Shown: positions 1-12,589 of the stretch, in pieces
How the letters are laid out: each line of letters starts with the position of its first letter
How positions within the stretch are numbered: position 1 is the stretch's first letter
Assembly: GCA_050084985.1 (NCBI GenBank)
Contig: JBITNC010000001.1
Span: 181,040,001 to 181,104,000, forward strand
Direction: 5' to 3'
Source: Nageia nagi
Lineage: Eukaryota; Plantae; Pinophyta
DNA length: 64,000 nt
The notes under the pieces: generated by a model
Told to the model about the DNA's origin: nothing
Databases searched by the model: none
Seen by the model: only the letters and a program-made list of their open reading frames with translations
Translations under genes and position numbers: made by a program

Positions 1-1099
1 GTTATTACATCTTCTGTTGCTTAGTCTATTCATTCTGTGTTAAAAGAATTTCATCTCCGTACCTTAAAATATTTCTGTTTCAAGATATGAAGTTAGAAAG
101 TATGTAAGAAAATGATGTTCATGAACTAAGATATATAAATTTCGTGAATGTCAATCTCAAAGAGGATTACACATCAGTTCAAATTTGCTCCACCTATAGC
201 ATTTAATTGTAGAGAGTCTTGTATCTTGCAATTAATTGAATATAGAAATGGTTAACCATGTATTTCCTTTTCTTTTCAAATTTTTACCCTACTTGACTAG
301 ACAACACGAGGATTTTCTAGACAAATGCATAGGGGTCTCCAAATGATCCTGAAGATAGATTAAAATAATATTGTAGGATAGATTAAAATAATATTGTAGG
401 ATGAAAAATGTGAAGGTACATATTTCAAGAAGAAAGAATAAGATAAGCATAGGAAAGAGATGAAAAATGATTGACACCAAAGGTAAAGGGGATGATATCA
501 TGCCCCGTCATTCATAGAGAGACTAAATTCTTGTACAAGATTTAAGAAAAAGATGAAAACTTGATAGAAAGGAGGGTGAAACTAGGTTTTAATTAAAATT
601 TGCTTATAAAAAAAGCGAACATTTTTTTTACAATTTATTTTTGATATTTGTTGATTGAGTTTATAGATTTTTATTTGATTAGTGCAATTTTCTTTGATAC
701 AAATATGGTATGTTTTAAAGTTTTGTCTTGTTACAGTTTTCAAAGTTACTAAGATGTAATTGAAGGTATTACATAATCTTCTAAATACGTGGGTAGTGGT
801 TTCTTATTTTTTAAATATAAATCAAAATTAAAAATCATGGTGCTTTAGGAGGAATCATGATAGGTCACAATGATTACAATATAATTTTTGTATTGTATAC
901 TATGATATTAATTTTCTGATATTATTAAACTGACTTTTTATATTCAACATTATTCATGTCATTTATTAAATTATTTCGTAGATAGGAATTGCTTGATTGT
1001 TACCTAGAGCATACTAGGGAGATTTACTAAGTCTACTTAAGTTTTTGGATTTAAAGTATGAGTACCTTATGTTAAGGTGACAAATGATATAATTCTATT

Positions 1100-2900
1100 G
1101 ATGCCATTTTAGTAGAGATGGGAGTGTTATATCAATTCCTTTTATCTTCCCATGGGAAGATGATTATCACTTTTAAAGGCATGTTTAGGATGAAGCTATA
1201 TGATCTAAAGGGATCAATTAGTAGATTAAGTCTTTAGACTTGGTATCTTCAAAGGGTTCAATTAGTAGATTAAGTATTTAGACATGGTCATTCAAGCGGC
1301 CAATGTAGAGGGGTTATTTTGGTTACATATTAGCAATGCAACCATTCATTCTTTTGCATATTTCATTGATCCTTACATGTATCATGAACTATTGCATCCT
1401 TTATAACCAAGGGGATAGATTTCAAGTGGGATAGATTTTAGGTGGTATAGATGATGTCATCTATATCATGATGAAGTATTGTACACAATATGCTTAGAGG
1501 TGGGAGATCTAAGTCAATATTTATCATGATTTATACAAGTCTTATTTTAGCTCAAGGATTAGCATCATGGCTTTGACAATAATCTAGATATAGGCTTGGA
1601 AGCACACAATGATTGGGAGGCCTTTAAGATTGCCACTTCTATTCATAAGGGGTCTTTTGTACATCTTTTGATAAGACAATATGATAAAAAAGATGGATAA
1701 AAATGGAAAGATTTTTTCATTAACATCCTTCTTGTTATTTTGGATAATCTAAAGCCAGATATGACCACCTAGAAATTATAAATAGATAAGTCTTTTAACG
1801 TAAACCCCTTGGTTTGTAGGACCTATCAAAGTTTGTCTAGAAGTAAATACATATGAATTAAATATTTGAATGATTGTTTATCATATAGATAATTTGTATT
1901 ATAAAATCACCACGTTTGTTTTAGTGATGCTATGTTCTCTTCTCTTTCTTAAAAAGAGAGGATTTAGAAACAAAGAATAACAACATACAAATATATATTT
2001 ATATCGTTCAAATTTAAATAATACCTACAATCCTAACAAATCAAGCTATCTATTCTTGAGCATGAACAAATATTTGCCCTCATACTCTTCAAAGTTCCAA
2101 AGCAAGCAAATTGAAGAGTATGTGAAATTATTGGTATCATATCAAGGAAGGTTTACAAACCATTAAACACGTTGAGTCGCATGGTTGTACATTTGTGGAC
2201 AACATTCATGTAAGTTCTTCAAGGGATATTGTTTAGACTTATTTTATATATAAGCACCTCAACACTACCACCTTTTCCTAAGCATATGTAGTCTTTCGTT
2301 CTCAGACATTGCATATCTATGAAAAGATCATATTCTTTTACAATGGTTTTGGGAATTTTCACAACTTCCTTCTATAATAGATTGGGTAATAGGGTTGTCA
2401 AGTTCCATAAAAATTATGTTTGCCTTTCTTTTTTGGAAGAGAAGAAACATCACTAGAACTTTGCAACTGCAAATAACCAACTTGAGATAGTTGTTGAATA
2501 TGACTATTATACGATTAGAGGATAATAATGTTTAAAGGGGTACAAAGGCCAAGGTGAATTTATTGGCGATAATATATATTCAATGAATATCATTCAAATC
2601 AAGTATTATGCTAAATTGAGATAGTACATGGAATTCTAGTAGGTCTAGAGTTCTATAATAGAGTTATAAAACAAGATCGATTAGCATTAATAGGAACAAT
2701 TAGAATACCTTCTAATGAGAAGGATCTCATTTCATGAGATCTCTTATCCATATTCCCTAGATTAATGGATCTATATGGACCCGACAATGGAACAAGAGTA
2801 GAGAGTCAAGCTGGTGATGCAAAGCTCACCCTACTTCCAATAAATCCCCATCGTTGTTACCAAGTGCCAAGGATGAGGAGGAGAATCCTTCATCCTTTGA
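1100..2900 (+). mobile_element. Highly decayed hAT-like DNA transposon remnant
   Basis: Scattered motif scraps only: ATIHSFAYFIDP (~1338-1373, cf. PLHAAAYFLNP), a KRRN-like scrap (~2437) and a DPISLD-like scrap (~2740). No termini found. Confidence 0.3.
1795..1930 (+). repeat. Ty3/Gypsy integrase C-terminal (GPF/Y motif) fragment, copy 1 of 3
   Basis: ttggtttgtaggacctatcaaagtttg (WFVGPIKV). Near copies at ~4375-4490 and ~5160-5250. Confidence 0.45.
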
Positions 2901-3972
2901 GGTAGATGATACAAGATGTATGGAAATTTATGATGGATGGTGGTGGGTCACATGACTTACCTTGATGATTGTGCAAGTATTATGTGTGGACGGAGAGGAG
3001 ATGCAATAAAAGACACTTGATAAAGGAGGAAAGAGAAGAAATGCACCTAGTTTCATAAGTGATGGAAAAGGAGGGGACGAAAAAACTTTAGGGTGCCACT
3101 TTTGAGCTCTTGGATTAGAAACTAGATGTGATGATAGCATTACCATTAGTATAGATCCATGTAAGTATTTATCTAATTTTTTGGTGATTTAATTTGGATT
3201 ACCTTTTTTTATGTGATGTGATATTATTACTTACTTCGTATCTGTAGGTTCAGCATATCAATGGATGGACCTTATAGAAGTTTCATGTGAGATTATTGTA
3301 GATGAAAACCTAGACAAGAATGCGACCAATGTCATTATTGGTGGCAATCCTAGATTGTTTGAGTTATGCTTATGACTTCAGAAGAGATATGTTGTGACAC
3401 CGACAAATGTTCTTACTTTGTAAGATAAATCATTATTTTTATTGGTCATAGAGAGATTAATGCAAGATAACATTAATATGAATTTAAGGAACACTATGAA
3501 GGTTGGTTTAAGCATACCTCCATCTCCAACTCCAACATAAGATATCCTACCCTAATTTCAACACATCTTGTAAAGAATAAACATCATTTTGAGGTTACAA
3601 AGGTAGAGTTGACATGGGCTAGAGTGAGGTATGAAATATCATATGTTATATGAGGTGGTCATACCAACTATTTGAAGGCTAAGGATTCCACAAGATGAGG
3701 AAAAGACTCCATGAGTTTGATGGGTTAGCCACCACCTCCATAAGGTAATGCCCTTAAATAAAAGGTAAGTGTTTGTATCCTAGGCTCTATTTTCAACACC
3801 CTATGTTATATGATATCTTGATTGTAAGGCCATATGACATTGTACATACATTTTTGATACATACATATACACATTTTTTGAGCTCTATTATAAGTGAGTT
3901 ATGATCTATCGATAGATGTATCCATGTTTTTCTATGTGTATTCATATTTTTAAGTAAATCATAAATCCATAT

Positions 3973-4178
3973 TTTTTTTGGGTTTAATCGTGAGGTAAAC
4001 CCTCGTTGGGTCATGACCACTAGCAGGGTCCGTCCACTTGGTGGTTGTGGATAGAAAGTACAATCTTAGTTGAGGCTTAACTAAATTAGAACATGTTGCA
4101 ACAACCATCCAAAGATTCAAACTAGAGACCTCCTATAGAAGAGTCAAAGTTTGAACCATTGCATTGCCTTGTTGGGGA
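3973..4178 (-). mobile_element. tRNA-derived SINE (~205 bp)
   Basis: On the minus strand: A-box-like GGCAATGCAATGG, B-box-like AGTTTGAATC and a 3' A-tail. Flanked by an ~18-bp imperfect TSD, taaatcataaatccatat (3955-3972) / taaatcataaatgaatat (4179-4196). Confidence 0.7.
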
Positions 4179-4354
4179 TAAATCATAAATGAATATTTAA
4201 GCAACATCTTATATTATAGAATAATAAATGATAGCGACATTAATTGCAATATCATCAAATTGACAACTAATGTTATGTAATCAATTGTAAGTGATAAGCA
4301 AATGTGAATCACAAAGAGCTATCAAATAAGATAAGTCTTCTAGATAGATAAGTC

Positions 4355-4490
4355 TCTTAATGTCCTTTTAAACCTATTGGTTTGTAGGATCTATGAAAGT
4401 TTGTCTAGAAATAGATATATATCAAGTATTTGAATGATTTTTTCTCACATAATTAAGTTGTATAATAAAAGAACCAATCTTGTTTTGGTT
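4355..4490 (+). repeat. Gypsy integrase GPF fragment, copy 2
   Basis: Aligns with 1795-1930 over ~130 bp (tagataagtct...ttggtttgtagga.ctat.aaagtttgtctagaa...tatttgaatgatt). Confidence 0.5.
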
Positions 4491-4519
4491 ATCTTAGTTT
4501 AAGAATTCATGGATTAAGC

Positions 4520-4850
4520 TATGATTACAAATATCTTTGTAGTTTTGTCTAATGTCTTTGTAAAGCGGGCAAAAAAGCAGAAAATGAGTTGTATCCTTTA
4601 TGGCATTTAGGTTACAAAACTTACAAATTCTTTCATTCTAAGGTGTTTTACGTATTGTCCATCTAATAGTGTTGCTATGTAGTTTGTGTGAATTAGTTCT
4701 TAGTTTTGCAATCACAAGTTTTTTTTTTTTTTTGAGATTAATAATCTTATGTGGATAGGATGGATGTTCAAGTTTTGGATTAATGATATTTTTGTAGTAG
4801 GTTAGTTTTGTTTTTATCTTTGATGTTATCATCTTTCTAAATTCTTTGAA
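4520..4850 (-). mobile_element. LINE ORF2 3' end fragment (C-terminal CCHC zinc finger)
   Basis: ORF 4638..4832 IAKLRTNSHKLHSNTIRWTIRKTP continues through a stop as *NERICKFCNLNAIKDTTHFLLFCPLYKDIR. Confidence 0.75.
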
Positions 4851-5139
4851 TTACTTTACTTTCATTTTTTACCTTTTTTAAGATGTTAATGAGTTAGACA
4901 AGCTTGATGGGTGACTATGGGAAATCTAAAGTGATAAAATTTATTAGTTTATAATTGTATAACATAATGGCATTTTAAAGCTTCACTCTCAATAGGAAGT
5001 AGCCCTGCTTCCATAAGAAGGATAAGGTAAGGTGTGTTATTTTTAATTTTGAAGTTATAAAAGATAAATCATTTTTGAATTTGCACAATTTTTTTCCAAG
5101 TGTGTTTGAAATGCTTTGACCCTAGACTTCATAAGCATA

Positions 5140-5260
5140 GAATATTATTGGAGTTTAAAGGATTGGTTTGTAGGACCTATCAAAGTTTTTCCAAAGAATG
5201 TATATATGTACGTATTGGATATCCCAAAGGGAAAAAACAAAGTGATTATGAAATCTCCAC
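5140..5260 (+). repeat. Gypsy integrase GPF fragment, copy 3
   Basis: ORF 5116..5304 contains LKDWFVGPIKV...YVLDIP. Confidence 0.45.
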
Positions 5261-7130
5261 CATGCTTCAAGAATTTGTACAATACAATGGAATCCTTAGA
5301 CTAGGCTAAAATGCTTCAAGAATTACACTCTATCCTATAATGAAATATAATACAATGGTATCTAAACCTTTTCCAAGGGTTACTTTCCAACTTACTAACA
5401 TACAAATAATCTTGCTACATAAAACAAATATATTTAAGTTTCCATAGATGAGCAATATATAATTGAGTAATGTGCCTATTGGAATAATAATTATGTAATG
5501 TGATAGTTGGGAAATGAATGTGATCTTAGCCTTGGAACAAGATATGATAGTCATCCTATGTATGCATTTGCTCCTTATATAGGCAAGTCTCCTTCTAACA
5601 TAATCTAGCTCTCTTAGTGCTTTGTTTACCCTTACACCATAAAAGAAGGAAATAAATATGAGATAATGTGCATGTTCATCAAAATAAAGAACATATATCA
5701 TCATTTATTTTAAGACATCTAAAATTGAAAAGTGTTTCTATTCTAGGTGTCAATAGTTGTTCCACTTTGCAATTGTGATGGTATGAACCACATAATCACA
5801 TACTACAAAGGAGAAAACATATCATAAAATATAACAAGAATAGAAAAAATACTTTCTTGAAAGATATATATGGCGATAGAAATGGGTAGCCCAGTTTGAA
5901 TGGTACATTTTTAGCCTATTCTTTGCCTTGTTTTTTGCAATGAGGAACCACTAAATGGAAGAAGTCAAGTTAAAAAATAGGGTGTATAGTTGATCTGTTG
6001 TCCATACTTTCAACCAATGACATCATAATATAGCCATCGACTACGAGACATGGTAAAACCTAAAACAAAGAGAGAAATAACTACAAATAACATCATCATA
6101 CATCGTTATTAGATATAGAAATAAATAATATGAGTTAAAAAATATCATAGTGGTGGTGCTTAATGCCCTAACCATTAATGGGAGATGTCATAAAGGTGGT
6201 ACTTACTATCTTGAGTACAAATAAGATATCATAGATAGTTAATGCCCTAACCATAATAAGGATATCATAATGAAACACCTCTTGTGAATACTTCTAGAAC
6301 TGTGTGGCACTTAATTCCCCAAGTACTAATAGAATATAAAATGATACATCTCTTATAGAGTATGCTAGAAGCATTATCTTCACAATGGAGTTACCGTTGT
6401 AGGCGTTTATTTATTCCAAAGTATCGAAATGAGCCAACAACATAATGGTTTGCTATTGCAAGTACTTATTTATTCCAAAGTACAAAAATAAATAAAGAAT
6501 GATCATCATAATGGGGTTCCCATTACAATTACTCTTTTCCCTATGTACCATTGGTATATATTCCATAGATGTTTGTATGTAGCAATGTGAACATAGAGTC
6601 ATGAAACCAAAACATGGCAATAAGGATAGTTTAAAATTGCCCTTATAGACCTTTAATGATGGTTTTCACCTTGCCATCTATGCGAGTGTCATTGAAAGGT
6701 CATCACTCTACAACAACAATTTATAACCGCCTTAAATTTCTACCTTCTTAAAGTCTATAATGATAGTTAGTAGCTTCCTTCTATGATGAATAACATTGCC
6801 CTCATATAGTTTGTTTATGATCTATTTAATATCTATTACGATCCTTTTGAACCATCATAAGAGGGGAGTTTTAAACCATCATAATAGATCATCTATTATA
6901 ACAAATTTAAACCATCATTAAAGATCATCTATTATGATGGTTCATATCCACCATTGTAGGATCTATTATGATGGTTAAAAACTATCATAATAAATCATAA
7001 GAGGGTGGTTATAAATCACCCTCTTCTTATTATATTAAAAAAAATGAAAAATGCCTTATAAATTCGAAGAACTTTGCAAGCATAATTTCAATTTGTGCTA
7101 CCATGGGAACTCTAGAAGAAGATATGGACA

Positions 7131-8296
7131 TGTAAAGATCCAATTACCAATTCAAGTGCAATTAAATTGAACACAAGAAAATATACCCAATGCATGAAAA
7201 AGGCTAGCAAGAATAAGTATTCAAAACCTCAATTTGCCAATGTTAGAGCTAAGGCATCCAACACAAGTTTGCATAGCACAATTATGCGAATGTCTGGCCA
7301 CTAGAAGCATGCATCAATGAATAAACCAAAACATTGCAATAGTAAAGCATACAAAGATAAATATGGAAATCCAAATGCCCACAGTTGTATGTAAGATAAA
7401 TGATGAATAATGATACAATACCAATCTCCTAGAGTTAGACATTGACCTCCAAGGAGCTAACTAGGGAACAACTGATGTCTCTCACTGTTGGACGAATGAT
7501 AGAAAAATAGGGCAATCTTTCTCCCTCGAAGCTTGATTTCTCTCCATCGAAGGAACCCTCCTTATATCTCGATAACCATTGAAGGTAGAAGCATAACCTC
7601 GAAATACTACCAAATGGGCAAGGGTCCTACGCCAATGTTGTAGACTACAGGATCCCTCAGCCTGATAGCCCTCCTAGATATTGCACTTAGGGGATTTCTT
7701 AGCATTGCTAAGACTTTTGTCCATTAGATGGTATCAAGAGATAATAATAATGATCAAGTATATATTCAATAATGAGTGCTGCAAGGACTAATATAGCTTT
7801 CCTAGATCTGGATCTTACCTCAATATCATCACCTAGTATCTTCATGCCCCAATGTTAGCACCCAAGAGTCAAAATTGACTCAAAATGGGTATGTAGGTCT
7901 CCCTCATGCTCCACATGGGTCTTAGAATGCATGTATGGGTATAGGAGGCATGCATGGGAATCTAGGGGGTAACATGGGTGTTATGGACCAACACGGGGGT
8001 CTAGAAGTCTCCCCAAGGTTGGCACATATGGACAAGTGCTCATCCATCAACCTAAGTGATAAATAGACCTTGGAATTCCCACAATCATGTATCAAGATCT
8101 CCAAGTACAATTAAAAACCTAATCTATGCTTGGGAGGGATACATCCCACTTGGGGCTCACAGTGGGGTCCATTGACCCATTAAGTCTTCTATCCCAAGCT
8201 ACAACTTGAAAGTACAATGCAATAATAAAATATATTACAAAAGGGGAATATGTTGGATTCCATAATTAATTACAATAATGCAAGAGGGACATCACA
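7131..8296 (-). repeat. 3' LTR of element 7131-12589
   Basis: Colinear with 11429-12589 and adjacent to the PPT. Confidence 0.9.
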
Positions 8297-8640
8297 AAGC
8301 CTCCCCTCTCGAATTACTTTCCCTCAAGCAATGATGGAAGACTGCAGCATATTATCTTCTAAGAATCCTTCAATTTTGAGAGCTATGATCTACCATGGTG
8401 GAATGCAACTTCAATACCTTCTTCCCATGATAGCAATCTAGTGTAGATTGCTCAATTTATGTTTCCATGCATCAATGTTGCATGCAAAAAATTTGATTTG
8501 TTGTAACTGTCACTCCTTATTAGCTGCTTTATGGCTATCCCCAACAAATATGGGGATGTATGTATGATTCCATGTGGATGTACTTATAAAAACCTCAATT
8601 AAATCATGGATGAGTGTAAATAAGGGGAACCCTTGCTCCA

Positions 8641-9280
8641 CAGATGAGGCCAAGCCTTTCACAAGCTCAACATGGGGTCCCAAGCCCTCCCAAGAATCAA
8701 TGTGAGGTTTGAAAATCTTATATCTTCCAACGTGGGGTACCAAGATACTATATGGTCCAATATCAAGTATGCAGACCTTCCTAGGTCCAACGTGGGGAGC
8801 CAACACTCCCTCAACCTAGTCGTTGGGTTCCCAAGCCCCTTCATGGTCATCGTCATGCATAAATATCCCTCAACCTCCCATGTGAGGTGTAGTAGCTCTC
8901 ATGAATCCAACTTGGGGAACTAGAAATCCTGTAGACTGAATGTCCATCTTCCAACCCTCTCAATGCTCCATTTGAGGGGTAGAAGCTCCCTTAGTCCCAA
9001 CATTTGATAGAAAATATCCCTAATACCCAACACAAGGTAACAAGTCACCTTAGTGTAAAATGCAAGGGGTAGAATCTCCCTCAAGTCCAATGTGAGGTGT
9101 CCCCCCTCCTTAAGGATCAATGTGTGGTGTCTAGCCTCCCTAAGCCCCATTGTGAAGTGTAAAAGGTCTTCCAAGCTTGATGTACCTACTCTAAGTTCTC
9201 TGGGATGCAATGTAAAGTTTGGGATCTCTCTAATGCTCCTCTTCTCCTACAAAAACTCTTTCACATCCAATGTGGCCCCA
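8641..9280 (-). repeat. Degenerate 30-bp tandem array (~20 units; 10-aa repeat xTL(D/G)LRExxx)
   Basis: caa/tgtg register recurs at 30-nt spacing (8670, 8700, 8730, 8760, 8790, 8910, 9000, 9030, 9090, 9120, 9210, 9270). ORFs 8920..9210 and 8659..8856 share a frame. Confidence 0.75.
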
Positions 9281-9339
9281 TTTTCAGATTCCTCCTTTTG
9301 GCACCACTCAATTACCTCCAGTCACTTATTATCCACCTA

Positions 9340-9720
9340 TGGAAATCATATTGAATCCCTTGCAGTGTATGGGTCTTCCCATCAATCTCAAAACTCATAG
9401 TGAGTTTCTAGTAGTTGGTGTGAATGTCACTCAAATCAAACAACCATTGCACTCTTAAAATAATGTGAGGATGCCCCTTCAAGGGGTAAACATAGAAGTT
9501 CTCCCTTAGTGTGTAACTTTGCAACCTCACTCCAAACCTCTCAACAATGTGGTCCACAAGCATGAGTTTCCCATTGGCATTAAAAACTTTGTATCCTTTG
9601 AACCCCTTAGTTTTTAGGTTCTTCTCTACAAAATCCTCATTGATGAAGTTATGGGATGATCTTGGATCAATCAAGAGCATCACATCCTTCCCACTTGCTT
9701 TCCCCACCACTTTTAGTGTG
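9340..9720 (-). pseudogene. Retropepsin (aspartic protease) of the LTR element
   Basis: VMLLIDPRSSHNFINEDFV...IILRVQWL...*KLTMSFEIDGKTHTLQG. Confidence 0.85.
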
Positions 9721-10029
9721 AGGTACTTCTTTACCCCATAGAGTTAAGTGATCATGCTCCCCAATGAGCCTTTTACTCTAGGTGCCTGCTAATTTGACAT
9801 GCCCATGCCCAGATCTAAGTCTAGACCATCTATCTCTTCATCAAAAAATACTTCTATATAGTGCACTTATCCCTTTCCTTAGCAACGGTGTCCTAACTCC
9901 CAAGTCTTTTTGTAATAGAAGTAGTTTCCTTCCTCCCTCAGCTTCCTTCATGTGGCTATATCTAACTACTTCGTCTAAGGTGGGGGGAAGGGTTTGGCCT
10001 TGCTAGGCACCTCCTTGTAAACAAAAGTC

Positions 10030-11350
10030 TTTCATGTGGATGACCCTTTGTACATATGCCCTCCCTTGAGGGACTTCATGGTCGACTCTAGATCATATGC
10101 AGCTTGTATGGCATCATAAAGGCTCCTAAGCAAGGATACCTTAACCATTCCCTGCAACAGCTCCATTAGTCCCTCTATGAAGAGGAATGTTAACCATTCC
10201 TTAAGGATGTGGTGAATCATGGTTGCAAATGAAACTCTAAAACATACTCATCCACTATGCCCTTATACCTAAAGGATGTAAAATCTTAGAAGTAATCATT
10301 CTTGTTCTTTCGATCGAACTTGTTTACCAATCATCTAGCAAATTCATCAAAAAAGGTGATGAGTGAGTAAACCTAGCTGATTACTCCATGATGCTACCAT
10401 TTGAGGGCATCACCCTCAAAGTGTAATGATGCAAAGTGAATTGCATCCTCCTCCATCATATTCAAGCTCAAGGTGAAGTAGGTTTGTAGCTGATGTTGCC
10501 AAGCCCTAGCCATCATCCTCTTTCCATCATACATATGTACCTGCATTTTATTTATCTTCTATTATAGGTCTCTCTTCTCTCCCTATGAGCTGCTCGGAGT
10601 GTGTAGACTGTGTGAACTACTCCCCTTCAACCCTAGGATTTCTAATTAGTCATTGAAGTTGACATCTCTCTTCAATCTTAGATCCAACATGGAGAACTCC
10701 CTGAAAATCTGATTTAACTCCAATGGGCCAAGAACCCTATTCTTTGCCTCTTCAATTGACTTCTTGGAAAAAATGGGCTTAGATGACTTAGGGATGATGG
10801 GTTGTTACCCCATTTTGCCAAATGTCCTTCTCAAAGTACCTCCCTAGGAGAGGGTTAGTACCCTATGGTGCTCGTTGTGAATGGGACCTCAAGAATGGGG
10901 TTTTTGATGAATCTATGGTGAGTAGACTCCCGATCTCTCAAACTACGAGATATGCTCATGCTTAGCTCTCGATCCATCCTATCCTCTTCATGCGACTTCT
11001 CTCTATCATCTCAAATAGGAAGTGGGGGGGCTAACTTTCCTCTTAGGATCCTCATGAATTCCCATGTGCCTATTCAGTTATTGTTGCATGGTGGTGATGG
11101 CCCTTGTCATGCTATTAATGGCTTAAATAAGCTCATTGAACTTTCATTTAGGTGTGGAATCCCAAAATGGAGTAGAGCTTCTCCTTCCAATCATTGCGAA
11201 TCTCTCCCTTGGCATATCCTCCTTCTCTATGAATGCTCCCTCATTTAGTGACTTGTTCATCCACTATTGTGATCCTCCTCATGGATGGCCCTAGAAGGTG
11301 TCTCTTCTATATGTGATTTTTTGCTTTTCCTTGTGAATGCCATCTCTCTT
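10030..11350 (-). pseudogene. Degenerate gag of the LTR element
   Basis: Lies between PBS and protease. LFIEGLMELLQGMVKV..SLYDAIQAA resembles a retrotransposon gag C-terminus. Multiple stops. Confidence 0.7.
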
Positions 11351-11428
11351 CGAGTATTGGATCTGGTGTAGTAGTGGTGCATTATCGGTTTCATACACAA
11401 GTTGGCCAAATCTAGGATCTTATACCAT

Positions 11429-12589
11429 TGTAAAGATCCAATCACCAATTCAAGTGTAATTAAATTGAACATAAGCAAATATACCCAACATCTGGACAAG
11501 GCTAGCAAGAATAAGCATTCAAACCCTCAATGTGCCAACATTAGAGCTAGGGAATCTAACATAAGTTTGCATAACACAATTATACTAATGTTTGGCCACT
11601 ACAAGCATGCATCAATGAATAAACCACAATGTTGCAATAGGAAAACATACATAAGATAAATATGGCGATCCAAATGCCCATGGTTGTATGTAATATAAAT
11701 CATGAATAACAATATAATACGAAGCTCCTAGACTTGGATGTTGGCCTCCAAGGAGCCAAATAGGGCACAATTGATGTCTCTCACTACTAGAAAAATGATA
11801 GATCAATAGGACAGTCTTGTTCCCTTGAAACTCAATTCCTCTCCACTAAAGGAGCTCTCCTCTGATCTTGGAAACCACTCAAGGGAGAAGCATAAGCTTA
11901 GAATACCATCAGATGGGCAAGGGTGCTACACCAATATTGTATACTATAGGATCCCTCAACCTGATAGCCCTCCTAGATGTTGCACCTAGGGTATTTCTTA
12001 GTGTTGTTAAGAATTGTGTCCATTGGATGATATCAAGAGATAATAATAACAATCAAGTATATATCCAATAATGAGTGCTCCAAAGGCTAATATAGCTTTC
12101 CTAGATCTAGATCTCACCTCAATATCATCACCCAGTACCCTCATGCCCCAACATTGGTACCCAAAAGTCAAACTAGGCTCAACATGGGTATCTGGGCCTC
12201 CCTCATGCTCCATGTGGATCATGGAATGTATGCATGGTATAGGAGGCATGCATAGGCATCTAGGGTGGAAACATGATTTTTATGGGCCAACATGGCTATC
12301 TAGAAGTCTCCCCAAGGATGGCACATGTGTACAAGTTCTCATCCATAGAACTAAGTGTTAAATAGACCTCTGGATTCCCATAATCTTATATCAGGATCTC
12401 CAAGTACAAATAAACACCTAGTCTATGCTTGGGAGGGAGACGCCCCACTTGGGACTCACAGTGGGGTCCAGTGACCCATTAAGTCTTCTATCCCAAGCTA
12501 CAACTTGAAAGTATAATGCAATAATAAAATATATTACAAAAGGGGAATCCTTTGGATTCCATAATGAATTACACAAGGCGGGCATCATA
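11429..12589 (-). repeat. 5' LTR of element 7131-12589
   Basis: Colinear with 7131-8296 and adjacent to the PBS. Confidence 0.9.

Larger units (their letters stand above)
7131..12589 (-). mobile_element. Non-autonomous Ty3/Gypsy-derived LTR element (gag + protease + 30-bp repeat domain; no RT/RH/INT)
   Basis: LTRs 7131-8296 and 11429-12589 (tgtaaagatcc...catca[c/t]a). TSD GGACA at 7126-7130 and 12590-12594. PBS TGGTATAAGATCC (tRNA-Met-like) at ~11415-11427. PPT GAGAGGGGAGGCTT at 8297-8310. Confidence 0.9.

Noticed and set aside
5330-6600. Coding region (124-aa ORF) or definable element
   Set aside because: No recognisable motif or termini. Probably decayed TE sequence.
11257-12361. Several 60-96 aa ORFs as genes
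   Set aside because: They lie in or next to an LTR, have no recognisable domain, and the paired LTR does not keep them open.
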